Source: Neisseriaceae bacterium
GTDB lineage: Bacteria > Pseudomonadota > Gammaproteobacteria > Burkholderiales > Neisseriaceae
Assembly (NCBI GenBank): GCA_017508845.1
Contig: JAFWRB010000041.1
Location: forward strand, 1 to 33,093
Reading direction: 5' to 3'
Length of the DNA: 33,093 nucleotides
Shown: positions 19,216 to 27,839 of the stretch, one piece after another
Layout of the letters: each line of letters opens with the position of its first letter
Position numbering within the stretch: the first letter of the stretch is position 1
Notes under the pieces: generated by a model
The model's database searches: none
Seen by the model: only the letters and a program-made list of their open reading frames with translations
Told to the model about the DNA's origin: nothing
Position numbers and translations under genes: made by a program

Positions 19216-19230
19216 TTCAGGCTGCCTGAA
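19216..19230. repeat. DUS, perfect 15-mer TTCAGGCTGCCTGAA
   Basis: Exact match, 32 nt upstream of the ctrB ATG. Confidence 0.85.
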
Positions 19231-19261
19231 AAATATATTCGATTGATATGGAACAAGAAGA

Positions 19262-20404
19262 ATGAGTAGATTATCTAAATTAAAGAAAAACCCCAAAGCA
19301 TTTTTTATTGATGCTTTAATCAAAAATTCTTTACGATTTATCACCGTAACATTGCCCGTTATTTTAGCATTATTGTATTTTGGTTTAATTGCCTCCGACC
19401 AATACATTTCCCAATCTTCTTTTGTGATTCGTTCGGCAAGTCAGCAAAATTCCTTAACAGGATTAGGGGCATTTTTACAAAATGTCGGCTTTTCTCGTTC
19501 GCAGGACGATACTTACAGCGTACGAGAATATATGACTTCGCGTGCTGCACTCAATAACTTGGAACAACAAGGCATTGCCGTGCGTTCTTTTTATGAAAAA
19601 AAGGGCGATTTAATTAGCCGTTTTAATACATTTGGTTTTAATGGCGAACAAGAATTGTTTTATCAATATTATAAAAAGAAAGTAACGGTTAATTTCGACC
19701 CTGTGTCGGGTATTTCTACATTAGATGTGGTGTCTTTTGACCCCAAAGATTCCTATGTTGTGAATGAGGCTTTACTCAAACAAGCCGAAGTTTTAATCAA
19801 TCAACTGAATGATAGGGCTTTAAAAGATACGGTCAAATACGCACAAGCACAAGTTGATGTGGCAGAAGAACGAGTGAAAAAAGCGTCCGAAGATTTAATT
19901 GTGTATCGCACCAAAAACGGCGTATTTGACTTAAAAGTGCAAGCCGAAGGCAAAATCGGTTTAATTTCTAAATTGCAAGACGAACTCATTTTACTGCAAA
20001 CGCAATTAGACCAAGTGCGAGCCATTACCCCTGACAATCCACAGATTTCAGGTTTGATGGCACGAGAACGCAGCCTGAAAAAAGAAATCGAAAAACAAAC
20101 CAATGCTATGTTAAGCGATGAAGACGGCTCAATGACCAAACAAGCGGCAGAGTATCAACGGGTTTATTTAGAAAACGAATTAGCTGAAAAACAATTAGCG
20201 GCGGCGATTACTGCATTAGAAAATGCCAAAGCCGATGCCACACGCCAACAACTTTATTTGGAAGTGATTTCAGCCCCCATTGAACCCGACTTTGCACTGT
20301 TGCCACGCCGTTTGTACAACATTATTGCCACCTTGTTTATCGGCTTAATGATTTATGGCGTTGCCGTGTTGTTACTCGCAGGCGTTAGGGAGCATAAAAA
20401 CTGA
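19262..20404 (+). CDS. ctrB: capsule export inner-membrane protein (PCP-3, CtrB/KpsE-like)
   Basis: 380 aa. N-terminal TM (ITVTLPVILALLYFGLIA), a long coiled-coil-like periplasmic region, and a C-terminal TM (IIATLFIGLMIYGVAVLLLAGV). Position between ctrA and the ABC transporter genes. Confidence 0.8.
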   Translation: MSRLSKLKKNPKAFFIDALIKNSLRFITVTLPVILALLYFGLIASDQYISQSSFVIRSASQQNSLTGLGAFLQNVGFSRSQDDTYSVREYMTSRAALNNLEQQGIAVRSFYEKKGDLISRFNTFGFNGEQELFYQYYKKKVTVNFDPVSGISTLDVVSFDPKDSYVVNEALLKQAEVLINQLNDRALKDTVKYAQAQVDVAEERVKKASEDLIVYRTKNGVFDLKVQAEGKIGLISKLQDELILLQTQLDQVRAITPDNPQISGLMARERSLKKEIEKQTNAMLSDEDGSMTKQAAEYQRVYLENELAEKQLAAAITALENAKADATRQQLYLEVISAPIEPDFALLPRRLYNIIATLFIGLMIYGVAVLLLAGVREHKN

Positions 20405-21273
20405 TGAGCGACAATGCCGAATTAACACCGCCGTCTATGCCTGATGATGGTTACCAAAATGCGTCCAAATTAGCGATGACGCAGACGCGGGAAACTACGC
20501 TTAAAGAATCATTCCAAATCCAAAAACGCGTGATAGGAGCGTTGCTGTTGCGAGAAATGATTACCCGTTATGGACGCAATAACTTGGGCTTTCTGTGGCT
20601 ATTTGTGGAACCGTTGTTGATAACGATGGTGATTACACTAGTATGGAAGTTTATTCGCGGTACACATATTACCGATTTAAATATTGTTGCTTTTGCAATT
20701 ACTGGTTATCCATTAGTGATGATGTGGCGTAAGTCTGCTAACAAAGCAATTGGAGCAGTTACTGCTAACAAGGGGTTGTTATATCATCGGAATGTACGCA
20801 TTATAGACTTGTTATTCTCACGAATTATTTTAGAAATTGCCAGTGTTACCGTAGCACAAATTGTTATCCTTATGGTACTTATTTTTATAGGTTGGATACC
20901 GCTACCATCTGATGTATTTTATATGTTGTTGGCTTGGATTCTGATGTCTTTTTTTGCTATAGGATTAGGATTATTGTTATATGCCTTATCAGAAAAATCG
21001 GAAATATTTGGTAGGGTATGGAAAGCGATGGGATTAGCAACTATGCTTGTTTCAGGAGTGTTTTATTTTGTTTCTGCCCTTCCAGTTTATGTGCAAGAAA
21101 TTTTATTATGGTTTCCAATGGTTCATGGGACAGAAATGTTCCGTCATGGTTATTTTGGTGCGACCGTAGTTACTATGGAGAATCCATGGTATTTAATCTT
21201 ATGGGATATTATCTTATTGTTGGTTGGTTTATTAGCAGTCAATGGTGTTATGCGACGAGGGGTATCTAAATAA
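20404..21273 (+). CDS. ctrC: capsule export ABC transporter permease (ABC-2 type, CtrC/KpsM-like)
   Basis: 289 aa, about 6 TM segments. [26 protein letters not shown] is typical of ABC-2 polysaccharide exporters. ATGA-type overlap with the ctrB stop. An internal Met (MTQTRE) is an alternative start. Confidence 0.82.
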   Translation: MSDNAELTPPSMPDDGYQNASKLAMTQTRETTLKESFQIQKRVIGALLLREMITRYGRNNLGFLWLFVEPLLITMVITLVWKFIRGTHITDLNIVAFAITGYPLVMMWRKSANKAIGAVTANKGLLYHRNVRIIDLLFSRIILEIASVTVAQIVILMVLIFIGWIPLPSDVFYMLLAWILMSFFAIGLGLLLYALSEKSEIFGRVWKAMGLATMLVSGVFYFVSALPVYVQEILLWFPMVHGTEMFRHGYFGATVVTMENPWYLILWDIILLLVGLLAVNGVMRRGVSK

Positions 21274-21917
21274 TGTTGGCATTAGAACATGTTTATAAGT
21301 CCTATCCCACACGCAAGGGCATGCGTACGGTTTTGCACGACATTAACTTTACCCTAAAAAAAGGCGAAAAATTAGGCATTCTCGGACGCAATGGTGCAGG
21401 TAAGTCCACACTTATTCGTTTAATCGGTGGTGTTGAGTCTCCCAATTCTGGTCGCATCATTCGCAATATGAGTGTCTCTTGGCCATTGGCATTTTCAGGG
21501 GCATTTCAAGGCAGTTTGACAGGAATGGACAATTTGCGTTTTATCTGTCGTATTTACAATGCTAATATAGCGAAAGTAAAAAAATTTACCGAAGACTTTG
21601 CTGAATTAGGTTTATATTTAAATGAACCTATCAAAACCTATTCATCAGGTATGAAAGCAAGGCTTGCTTTCGCCCTATCACTTGCGATAGAATTCGACTG
21701 TTACCTTATTGACGAAGTGATTGCGGTGGGTGATGCTCGTTTGAATGCCAAATGTAAATATGAGCTATTTGAAAAGCGTAAGGATCGTTCTTTAATTTTG
21801 GTGTCGCACAATGAGAAAACAATTCAACAGTATTGCGATAAAGGAGCTGTGTTGAAAGATGGTTGCTTGTCTCAATTAGATAGTGTTGAGTGGTCGTTTG
21901 TGGAATATGACAAATAA
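21273..21917 (+). CDS. ctrD: capsule export ABC transporter ATP-binding protein (CtrD/KpsT-like)
   Basis: 214 aa. Walker [11 protein letters not shown], signature [12 protein letters not shown], Walker B CYLIDE, H-loop SHN. TAATG overlap with ctrC. Confidence 0.88.
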   Translation: MLALEHVYKSYPTRKGMRTVLHDINFTLKKGEKLGILGRNGAGKSTLIRLIGGVESPNSGRIIRNMSVSWPLAFSGAFQGSLTGMDNLRFICRIYNANIAKVKKFTEDFAELGLYLNEPIKTYSSGMKARLAFALSLAIEFDCYLIDEVIAVGDARLNAKCKYELFEKRKDRSLILVSHNEKTIQQYCDKGAVLKDGCLSQLDSVEWSFVEYDK

Positions 21918-21935
21918 GTTGTTGAGGAAGTAACC

Positions 21936-23045
21936 ATGTCGAAAATGTCTAAACTTTTTGTTAATCCAATTCAATTTTGGAGAGATTTTTTTGGGAAAAA
22001 AGTTATTGGGTACTATGGAAAAACGATTTTTGCTTTTCATATCAATGACTGGAAAAGAAAGTTTGTGGAATCTATTTTCCCTGAATATGATTTTGTTTAT
22101 ATCCCATTTAAGGCAACTGATAAATGGTTGCATGATAATTGCATTGCTAAAATCGTTGATAATGTTGCACAGTCTAGAATTTTAGTTTGGGGTATGTGGT
22201 TGCCTAAAATTATTCAACAAAATGATTTTATTATGAGTAATATTCCCATTACCTGGGTTGAAGATGGTTTTATTCGCTCCATTGGATTGGGTTCAGGACA
22301 TGTGTTGCCTGCAAGTTTAAATTTTGATTCAAGAACTTGTTATTTTGATGCGAGAAAAGAGTCGGATTTGGAGCATATTCTCAATACTTATGATTTTGAT
22401 GCAGATGTTGCATTGATGCAAAGAGCGGTATCATTAAAACAAAGATTATTATCTACAGGTATCAGTAAGTATAACCATTCTAAAAAGGTAGATATTGCGA
22501 ATGTTTATGGACCGAAACGGCAAACGAGAATATTGGTTGTGGGTCAAGTTGAAGATGACGCGTCTATTGCTTATGGTTGTTTGAGTGCCTATAACAATAA
22601 TGATATTGTTCGTATTGCTGCTTATGAAAATCCAGATGCACAAATTATTTACAAACCGCATCCAGATGTTTTACACCAGAAACGAGAAAAATTATCAGAT
22701 CCGCGTGACGTTGCAGATATATGTCAAGTGTTAAACATTGATATTCCGTTATCTCAATCTTTTGAAACTATCGATCATGTTTATACTATTTCATCTCAAG
22801 CAGGATTTGAAGCCTTGTTAAGAGGGATATCTGTAACGACATTGGGATGTCCATTTTATTCTGGTTGGGGTTGTACGGATGATAGACAAAAAAATGATAG
22901 AAGAATCAGAAAGCTGACTGTTGAACAAATCTTGGCAGCGGCATACATTTTGTACCCTAAATACTATCATCCGTTGTATAAAAATGAAACGGATGTTGAG
23001 AGTGTTTTGCAATATTTTGAAACTGTTTTAAATGGAGATAAGTGA
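21936..23045 (+). CDS. single-module KpsC/KpsS-family (Capsule_synth) protein, putative beta-Kdo glycosyltransferase
   Basis: 369 aa; GAGGAAG RBS. Blocks WVEDGFIRSIGLG, ISKYN, ILVVGQVEDDASI, IIYKPHPDV, VYTISSQAGFEALLRG and GCPFYSGWGCTDDR match my recollection of conserved KpsC/LipA module motifs (EDGFLRS, KxHPDV, PFYAGWGLT). The size corresponds to one module, not the two-module KpsC. Confidence 0.6.
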   Translation: MSKMSKLFVNPIQFWRDFFGKKVIGYYGKTIFAFHINDWKRKFVESIFPEYDFVYIPFKATDKWLHDNCIAKIVDNVAQSRILVWGMWLPKIIQQNDFIMSNIPITWVEDGFIRSIGLGSGHVLPASLNFDSRTCYFDARKESDLEHILNTYDFDADVALMQRAVSLKQRLLSTGISKYNHSKKVDIANVYGPKRQTRILVVGQVEDDASIAYGCLSAYNNNDIVRIAAYENPDAQIIYKPHPDVLHQKREKLSDPRDVADICQVLNIDIPLSQSFETIDHVYTISSQAGFEALLRGISVTTLGCPFYSGWGCTDDRQKNDRRIRKLTVEQILAAAYILYPKYYHPLYKNETDVESVLQYFETVLNGDK

Positions 23046-24949
23046 GCATGAGCAGTATGTTTGAGTCTTATGTCAGAGAAAGAATTAGTCAATTTTTATC
23101 TAATTTTGATGCTAAAACATCATACGATGATGTCCGTAAATTGGGAGATCAGTATCAAAAAAGTGGTAACGCTTTTGACCTGTTGTCTATCGGCAGTTTT
23201 ATTAAACAAAAATATTCGAATAGAGAAATTGGTTATCGGTTTATTTGGCTTGGGTATCGCAAATTTCATATGAGAAATCAGATGGAAAGTGTTGAACAAG
23301 AATTTATGGATAAAGTTTTCCCAAGATATTGTGAGAAACAGATATTTCCGATTTTTTTTCGAGAGATTTTCGTGGAAGCGTTTTTAACGGGAAGATTCAC
23401 CAAGTGCTCTCGTCTGCTTGGTTTGTGTGATGAACAACTTTTGGACAAGTTTATGGCAGATAATAAGATGTTTTGTCATCGAGTGCAACAGTTTCGAGAG
23501 ATTTTTGGAGAGTATACAGCACATTCCGAAGGTGAAGCAAATGATGATATAAGTGAATTTATTAAACAGTACAACTTAGGGGAACGAAGATTAGAGTTTT
23601 TTGAACGCATAAGAAATTCAGATGTGATTGTTTCCCCATATACTAATAGGAAATTATTTTTAATTATGGAAATGTTAAAACATTGTCCTGAATTTACAAC
23701 AACAAAGTTATTGATTACTGTTTATAGGAGAAATTGCCGTCTAGCTTATAATTTATTGGATTATTTAATAACACATAACAAGGTGGAATACAATCTCATT
23801 TATTTTTTATTAAAGTTTTCCACGCTTGATTCTAACTTATTATCATATTTTGATAAAGTATCGAGTTCATTGGGTTTAGATCGTGATTGTAAAATTGCCA
23901 TTGGTGCTTTGGAAATGAGAAAAAAAGCCATAGTACTGAATCAAGATTGGTTACATTTTGATGAGAATAGAACTTTCTTCTTTAAAAAGACGAATGAACA
24001 GCCAATACATGTGGCAATTGAGGTTTCGGGACAAATTCGAGGTTCTATAGAAGACAATATTTCTAATATCCTTAATATTAGGGATAATATTACTGTTGGA
24101 GAAGTAGATGTTTTCCTAGATTCTTGGAGTATTGGCAACTTTTTCCCATTCAAACTTTCGGATTATAGAATTTGGGGTAAGGAGTTAGGTGCAATATACA
24201 AAGATGTATGTAAATTATCAGCAGAACAGTTTGTGTCTTTGTTTCCCGCAACTACTCAATTTCTTGAGAAATTAAATAAAGAGAAAAGTTTTGCCTTATC
24301 AGCAACTAATGAAATTTTCAAGGATTTTACTGATGTGAGATTTGAGAAAGAGGAGGACATATCTTTTCCAACAGTGTTGTCACATAAAAATAGTTTTAAT
24401 CAAGCAAAGATGTGGTATAAGATATTCCAGGCTCACCGATTAGCAACTGCTCATGGTTATAGGCATGGTTTTGAGTATGATGTTTCGATTAGAATCAGAC
24501 CAGACTTGAATATTTCTTCTCGAGATGTTTCTGAAATGGTATCTGTGGTGAGTAAATATAAAAATATTGTATTCACTCATTACAACAATAATGATGGTTT
24601 TGGCGATCAATTTTTGATTTGTTCCAAAATGGCAATGGATAGAATTGCCTCGTTATGGTGTCAATTAACTCGTAAGCGTTCTTTTCGACATATTCCAGAA
24701 CTGCATAGGACATATCAAGCTGAAAGTTTTATTACTCAAAATTGTGCCTTATTGGGATTGGAAGTGGTTGTATTTAGAGCGGATTCATATCAGTTAGGTA
24801 GTTCTCAATCGGAATTGTTGGTGAATACGATTACTGATGATATTACGCCGTTTCTTCAGTTAGATCTTGCCAATCAACCTAATCAGGAAGGCAGGTTGTT
24901 TGTTGAAAAATATATAGAAAACAAGAAAAACGGTATTATTTTTAAGTGA
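23042..24949 (+). CDS. hypothetical protein, candidate capsule polymerase or transferase (no assignable motif)
   Basis: 635 aa. GTG 23042 (GTGA overlap with the upstream stop) or ATG 23048 (GGAGA about 9 nt upstream). Very A+T-rich, co-oriented and tightly packed within the capsule cassette. The N-terminal ~300 aa look helical. The C-terminal ~300 aa have alternating beta/alpha-like blocks (VAIEVSGQIRG, DVFLDSW, YDVSIRIRPDL, GFGDQFLICS). Confidence 0.5.
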   Translation: MSMSSMFESYVRERISQFLSNFDAKTSYDDVRKLGDQYQKSGNAFDLLSIGSFIKQKYSNREIGYRFIWLGYRKFHMRNQMESVEQEFMDKVFPRYCEKQIFPIFFREIFVEAFLTGRFTKCSRLLGLCDEQLLDKFMADNKMFCHRVQQFREIFGEYTAHSEGEANDDISEFIKQYNLGERRLEFFERIRNSDVIVSPYTNRKLFLIMEMLKHCPEFTTTKLLITVYRRNCRLAYNLLDYLITHNKVEYNLIYFLLKFSTLDSNLLSYFDKVSSSLGLDRDCKIAIGALEMRKKAIVLNQDWLHFDENRTFFFKKTNEQPIHVAIEVSGQIRGSIEDNISNILNIRDNITVGEVDVFLDSWSIGNFFPFKLSDYRIWGKELGAIYKDVCKLSAEQFVSLFPATTQFLEKLNKEKSFALSATNEIFKDFTDVRFEKEEDISFPTVLSHKNSFNQAKMWYKIFQAHRLATAHGYRHGFEYDVSIRIRPDLNISSRDVSEMVSVVSKYKNIVFTHYNNNDGFGDQFLICSKMAMDRIASLWCQLTRKRSFRHIPELHRTYQAESFITQNCALLGLEVVVFRADSYQLGSSQSELLVNTITDDITPFLQLDLANQPNQEGRLFVEKYIENKKNGIIFK

Positions 24950-24956
24950 GGTTTCT

Positions 24957-26099
24957 ATGTTCCTAATCCCCATGTGTGGCTTATCTTCCCGTTTTTTTAA
25001 GGCGGGTTATGATAAACCGAAATATATGTTAGACCTTAACGGAGAAACAGTTTTTTCTTGGTCGGTGAAATCTTTTGAGCGTTATTTTTTAACGGATAAG
25101 TTTGTTTTTATTTACCGTGATATTTATGGCACGAAATCGTTTTTAGAGCAAGAGATTAAAAAACTTGGTATAAGAGATTTTGCTTTCATTTGTTTAGACC
25201 ATGAAACCGAGGGGCAGGCTGAAACGGTTTATTTGGGTTTAGAGCAAATTGTAGAAGATGATGCGTTATATATTTTTAATATCGACTCCAAAATTGTGGA
25301 TTTCAGACAGCCTGAATGGGTGAAAGATTGTGATGCTTATTTGGAGGTTTTTCAAGGAGAAGGTGACCACTGGTCTTTCGCTTTGCCTGATACAGACGGT
25401 AGAACCGTATTAAAAACCACCGAAAAAGAACGCATTTCTGATTTATGTTCGGACGGTTTATATTACTTCAAAAGTAAATCTTTGTTTATAGATTTATTTC
25501 AAGAAGTTAAAGAAAAAGGCGAGAAAACTAAATCGGAATATTATATTGCACCTTTGTATAATTATTTAATTCAACAAGGCAAAAAAGTTTATTATGATTT
25601 AATTGATAAGAATAACATTCTTTTTTGTGGTACGCCTGATGAATATTTAGCATTGTTGTCTTTCAAGCAGCCTGAAAAAGTTAATCATGGTTCAAGTACC
25701 ACTCAAAAGGTGCGAGTGAAGAAAATTGTGATTGATTTAGACAATACCATTTCAATGACTAAAAATCGAGATTATGCAAATGCCGAGCCGATTATGGAAG
25801 TGGTCGAAAAAATCCGTGAATACAAACAAATGGGTTTTGATATTGTGATTTATTCTTCTCGCAATATGAAAACTTATCAAGGCAATATCGGTAAAATTAC
25901 GGCGAATACGCTGCCGATTATTATTGACTGGCTAAAGCGGCACAATATTCCTTTTGACGAAATTTATATCGGCAAGCCTTGGTGCGGAGAAGATGGTTTT
26001 TATGTTGATGACCGTGCCATTCGTCCAAGTGAATTTACACAACTGTCGTATGAAGAAATACAAAAAATCACCAGTGAAGGGCAGGGGGAAACACAATGA
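24957..26099 (+). CDS. bifunctional sugar-phosphate nucleotidyltransferase-like / HAD-superfamily phosphatase (capsule biosynthesis phosphatase type)
   Basis: 380 aa. The N-terminus LIPMCGLSSRFFKAGYDKPKYML...TEGQAETV...EKERISDLCSDGLYYF...YYIAPLYNYLI...GTPDEY has the NTP-transferase (GT-A-like) pattern. The C-terminus carries HAD motifs: I VIDLDNT, II YSSRN, IV YVDDRA. Confidence 0.65.
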   Translation: MFLIPMCGLSSRFFKAGYDKPKYMLDLNGETVFSWSVKSFERYFLTDKFVFIYRDIYGTKSFLEQEIKKLGIRDFAFICLDHETEGQAETVYLGLEQIVEDDALYIFNIDSKIVDFRQPEWVKDCDAYLEVFQGEGDHWSFALPDTDGRTVLKTTEKERISDLCSDGLYYFKSKSLFIDLFQEVKEKGEKTKSEYYIAPLYNYLIQQGKKVYYDLIDKNNILFCGTPDEYLALLSFKQPEKVNHGSSTTQKVRVKKIVIDLDNTISMTKNRDYANAEPIMEVVEKIREYKQMGFDIVIYSSRNMKTYQGNIGKITANTLPIIIDWLKRHNIPFDEIYIGKPWCGEDGFYVDDRAIRPSEFTQLSYEEIQKITSEGQGETQ

Positions 26100-27643
26100 T
26101 TCTCATCAATTCCGCGGCTTTCGGTTCTTCTTCTTTACGCAATGAATTAGGCAATGTGCCGCCTGTGTTTTTGCCTTTGGGCAATAAAAAATTGCTGGTT
26201 TATCAGGTTGAATATTTGCGCCGTTTTTTTGATGAGCAGATTGTGGTTTCTTTGCCACAATCTTATCAACTCTCCATAATGGAGAAAAAACTGTTGGATA
26301 GATTGCAAGTATCCATTTGTCCCGTGCCTGATGGTTTAAAGTTAGGTGCGGCTATTTTGTATGTTTTGAATACAATAGAAGAGTTTTCTGTTTCAGAGCC
26401 TCTGCGAATGTTGCACGGTGATACTTTACTGACAACTTATCAGCCCAATCCAAATGCTTTGGGTTTGGGTAAGACAGTTTATGATTATCACTGGGAAAAT
26501 GAAGCCAATACACAAGGTAAAGTCTGGTGTGGTTATTTTTCTTTTGAAATGCCGCGTTTATTGATTGCAAATTTAGCACGCACACAAGGCGATTTTGTGC
26601 AAAGCGTTCGGCAATATCATCAAAAAAATCCTTTGGACTTAATTGATTGTGAAGACTGGTTTGACTTTGGTCATATCAATACCTATTTTCGTTCGCGGGC
26701 TATGGTGACCACGCAACGTTCTTTTAATGAATTGAACATTGCCGATGGTGTGGTAGAAAAGCAATCTGTGCAAAACCGCAAAATCGAAGCTGAAGGAAAC
26801 TGGTTTTTCAAGCTGCCTGAACATTTAAAAATTTACATTCCGCAGTTAATCAGTTGGGAGCATACGCCAGAAAAAAGCTGTTATTGTTTAGAATACTTAA
26901 ATTGTATGCCCGTAAACGAGCTCTTTGTGCATGGACGTAAAATTAAATCGTTTTGGTTGCATTTGTGTACTTTGTTGGCAGATTTTATGGGCAAAACAAG
27001 GCAAGTGGTATTAAGTGATGACGAAAACAAGTGCATTGTTGCGGACGCACAAAAACTTTATCACGATAAAACCATTAGTCGTTTAACACAGTATGCCGAA
27101 ACAACAGGGCTATTGTTAGATGCACCTGTCAAATATGCAGGCAAAGATTTAGGTTCGATTATGCATATTGCTCATGATTGTATCCAACGCACACAACAGT
27201 TACCCATTATTTCTTGCTATTTGCACGGTGATTTGTGTTTTTCGAATATTTTGTATGATTCGCGTAGCGACAATATTAAAGTAATTGACCCACGCGGCAT
27301 TAATGCTGATAATGAATTAACCTTATTAGGTGACCAAAAGTATGATTTGGCCAAATTGTGTCATTCTATGGTTGGTTTATACGATTTTATTATTGCCGAC
27401 AATTTTGAATTGCTTGAAGATGACGAAGTAGGTGTAGTGTTAAGTTTTGATTGTGATGATTCGGTTTTGGCATTAGCAGATATTTTTTGGCAAACACCAT
27501 TTATTCCCAAACTAAGCAATCGTGCTATTTTGCCACTTACCATTTTGTTGTTTTTATCCATGTTGCCATTGCACAGCGATAAACCTTTACGACAAAAAGC
27601 AATGCTCGCCAATGCATTAAGGCTTTATGCGATGATGAAATAA
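26096..27643 (+). CDS. nucleotidyltransferase-like N-domain fused to APH/choline-kinase-family phosphotransferase domain
   Basis: 515 aa; ATGA overlap with the upstream gene. The N-terminus (VPPVFLPLGNKKLLVYQVEYL...MLHGDTLL) looks like a degenerate NTP-transferase fold. The C-terminus has the catalytic loop LHGDLCFSNILYD followed by IKVIDPRG (Brenner-type HxDxxxxN ... D). Confidence 0.6.
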   Translation: MILINSAAFGSSSLRNELGNVPPVFLPLGNKKLLVYQVEYLRRFFDEQIVVSLPQSYQLSIMEKKLLDRLQVSICPVPDGLKLGAAILYVLNTIEEFSVSEPLRMLHGDTLLTTYQPNPNALGLGKTVYDYHWENEANTQGKVWCGYFSFEMPRLLIANLARTQGDFVQSVRQYHQKNPLDLIDCEDWFDFGHINTYFRSRAMVTTQRSFNELNIADGVVEKQSVQNRKIEAEGNWFFKLPEHLKIYIPQLISWEHTPEKSCYCLEYLNCMPVNELFVHGRKIKSFWLHLCTLLADFMGKTRQVVLSDDENKCIVADAQKLYHDKTISRLTQYAETTGLLLDAPVKYAGKDLGSIMHIAHDCIQRTQQLPIISCYLHGDLCFSNILYDSRSDNIKVIDPRGINADNELTLLGDQKYDLAKLCHSMVGLYDFIIADNFELLEDDEVGVVLSFDCDDSVLALADIFWQTPFIPKLSNRAILPLTILLFLSMLPLHSDKPLRQKAMLANALRLYAMMK

Positions 27644-27660
27644 TGGCTTTGTCTTGAGTA

Positions 27661-27680
27661 CAGCCAAAATGTTTTGGCTG
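27661..27680 (+). terminator. hairpin CAGCCAAAA-TG-TTTTGGCTG downstream of the 515-aa gene
   Basis: Perfect 9-bp inverted repeat 18 nt after the stop. The T-run (27690-27694) is displaced by 9 nt, so this is a weak terminator candidate. Confidence 0.3.
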
Positions 27681-27813
27681 TCTGAAGGATTTTTGTAAGT
27701 TAAGAAAGGTATTGCAATGAGTTTGATTTGTGAAATAAGGTCTGATATTGTCGGGGGGAGGGATTACTTCTTCTCATCTAAACAAAGCAAGTTCTGTTGT
27801 GCGTACAACATTA

Positions 27814-27837
27814 TTTTGCTCTAATAAAGGAGCAAAA
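27814..27837 (+). promoter_or_regulatory. 8-bp stem hairpin occluding the acetyltransferase Shine-Dalgarno
   Basis: TTTTGCTC (27814-27821), TAATAAAG, GAGCAAAA (27830-27837). The SD AAGGAG (27827-27832) is partly in the 3' arm. ATG at 27840. Confidence 0.3.
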
Positions 27838-27839
27838 TA

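Noticed and set aside
27753-27758. G6 homopolymer, and the T8 (about 23352-23359), T7 (about 24992-24998) and A7 (21356-21362) tracts in capsule genes, as phase-variation switches
   Set aside because: The tracts are short for slipped-strand switching, and A/T runs of this length are expected in A+T-rich DNA. Only the G6 tract is mentioned within a broader finding.
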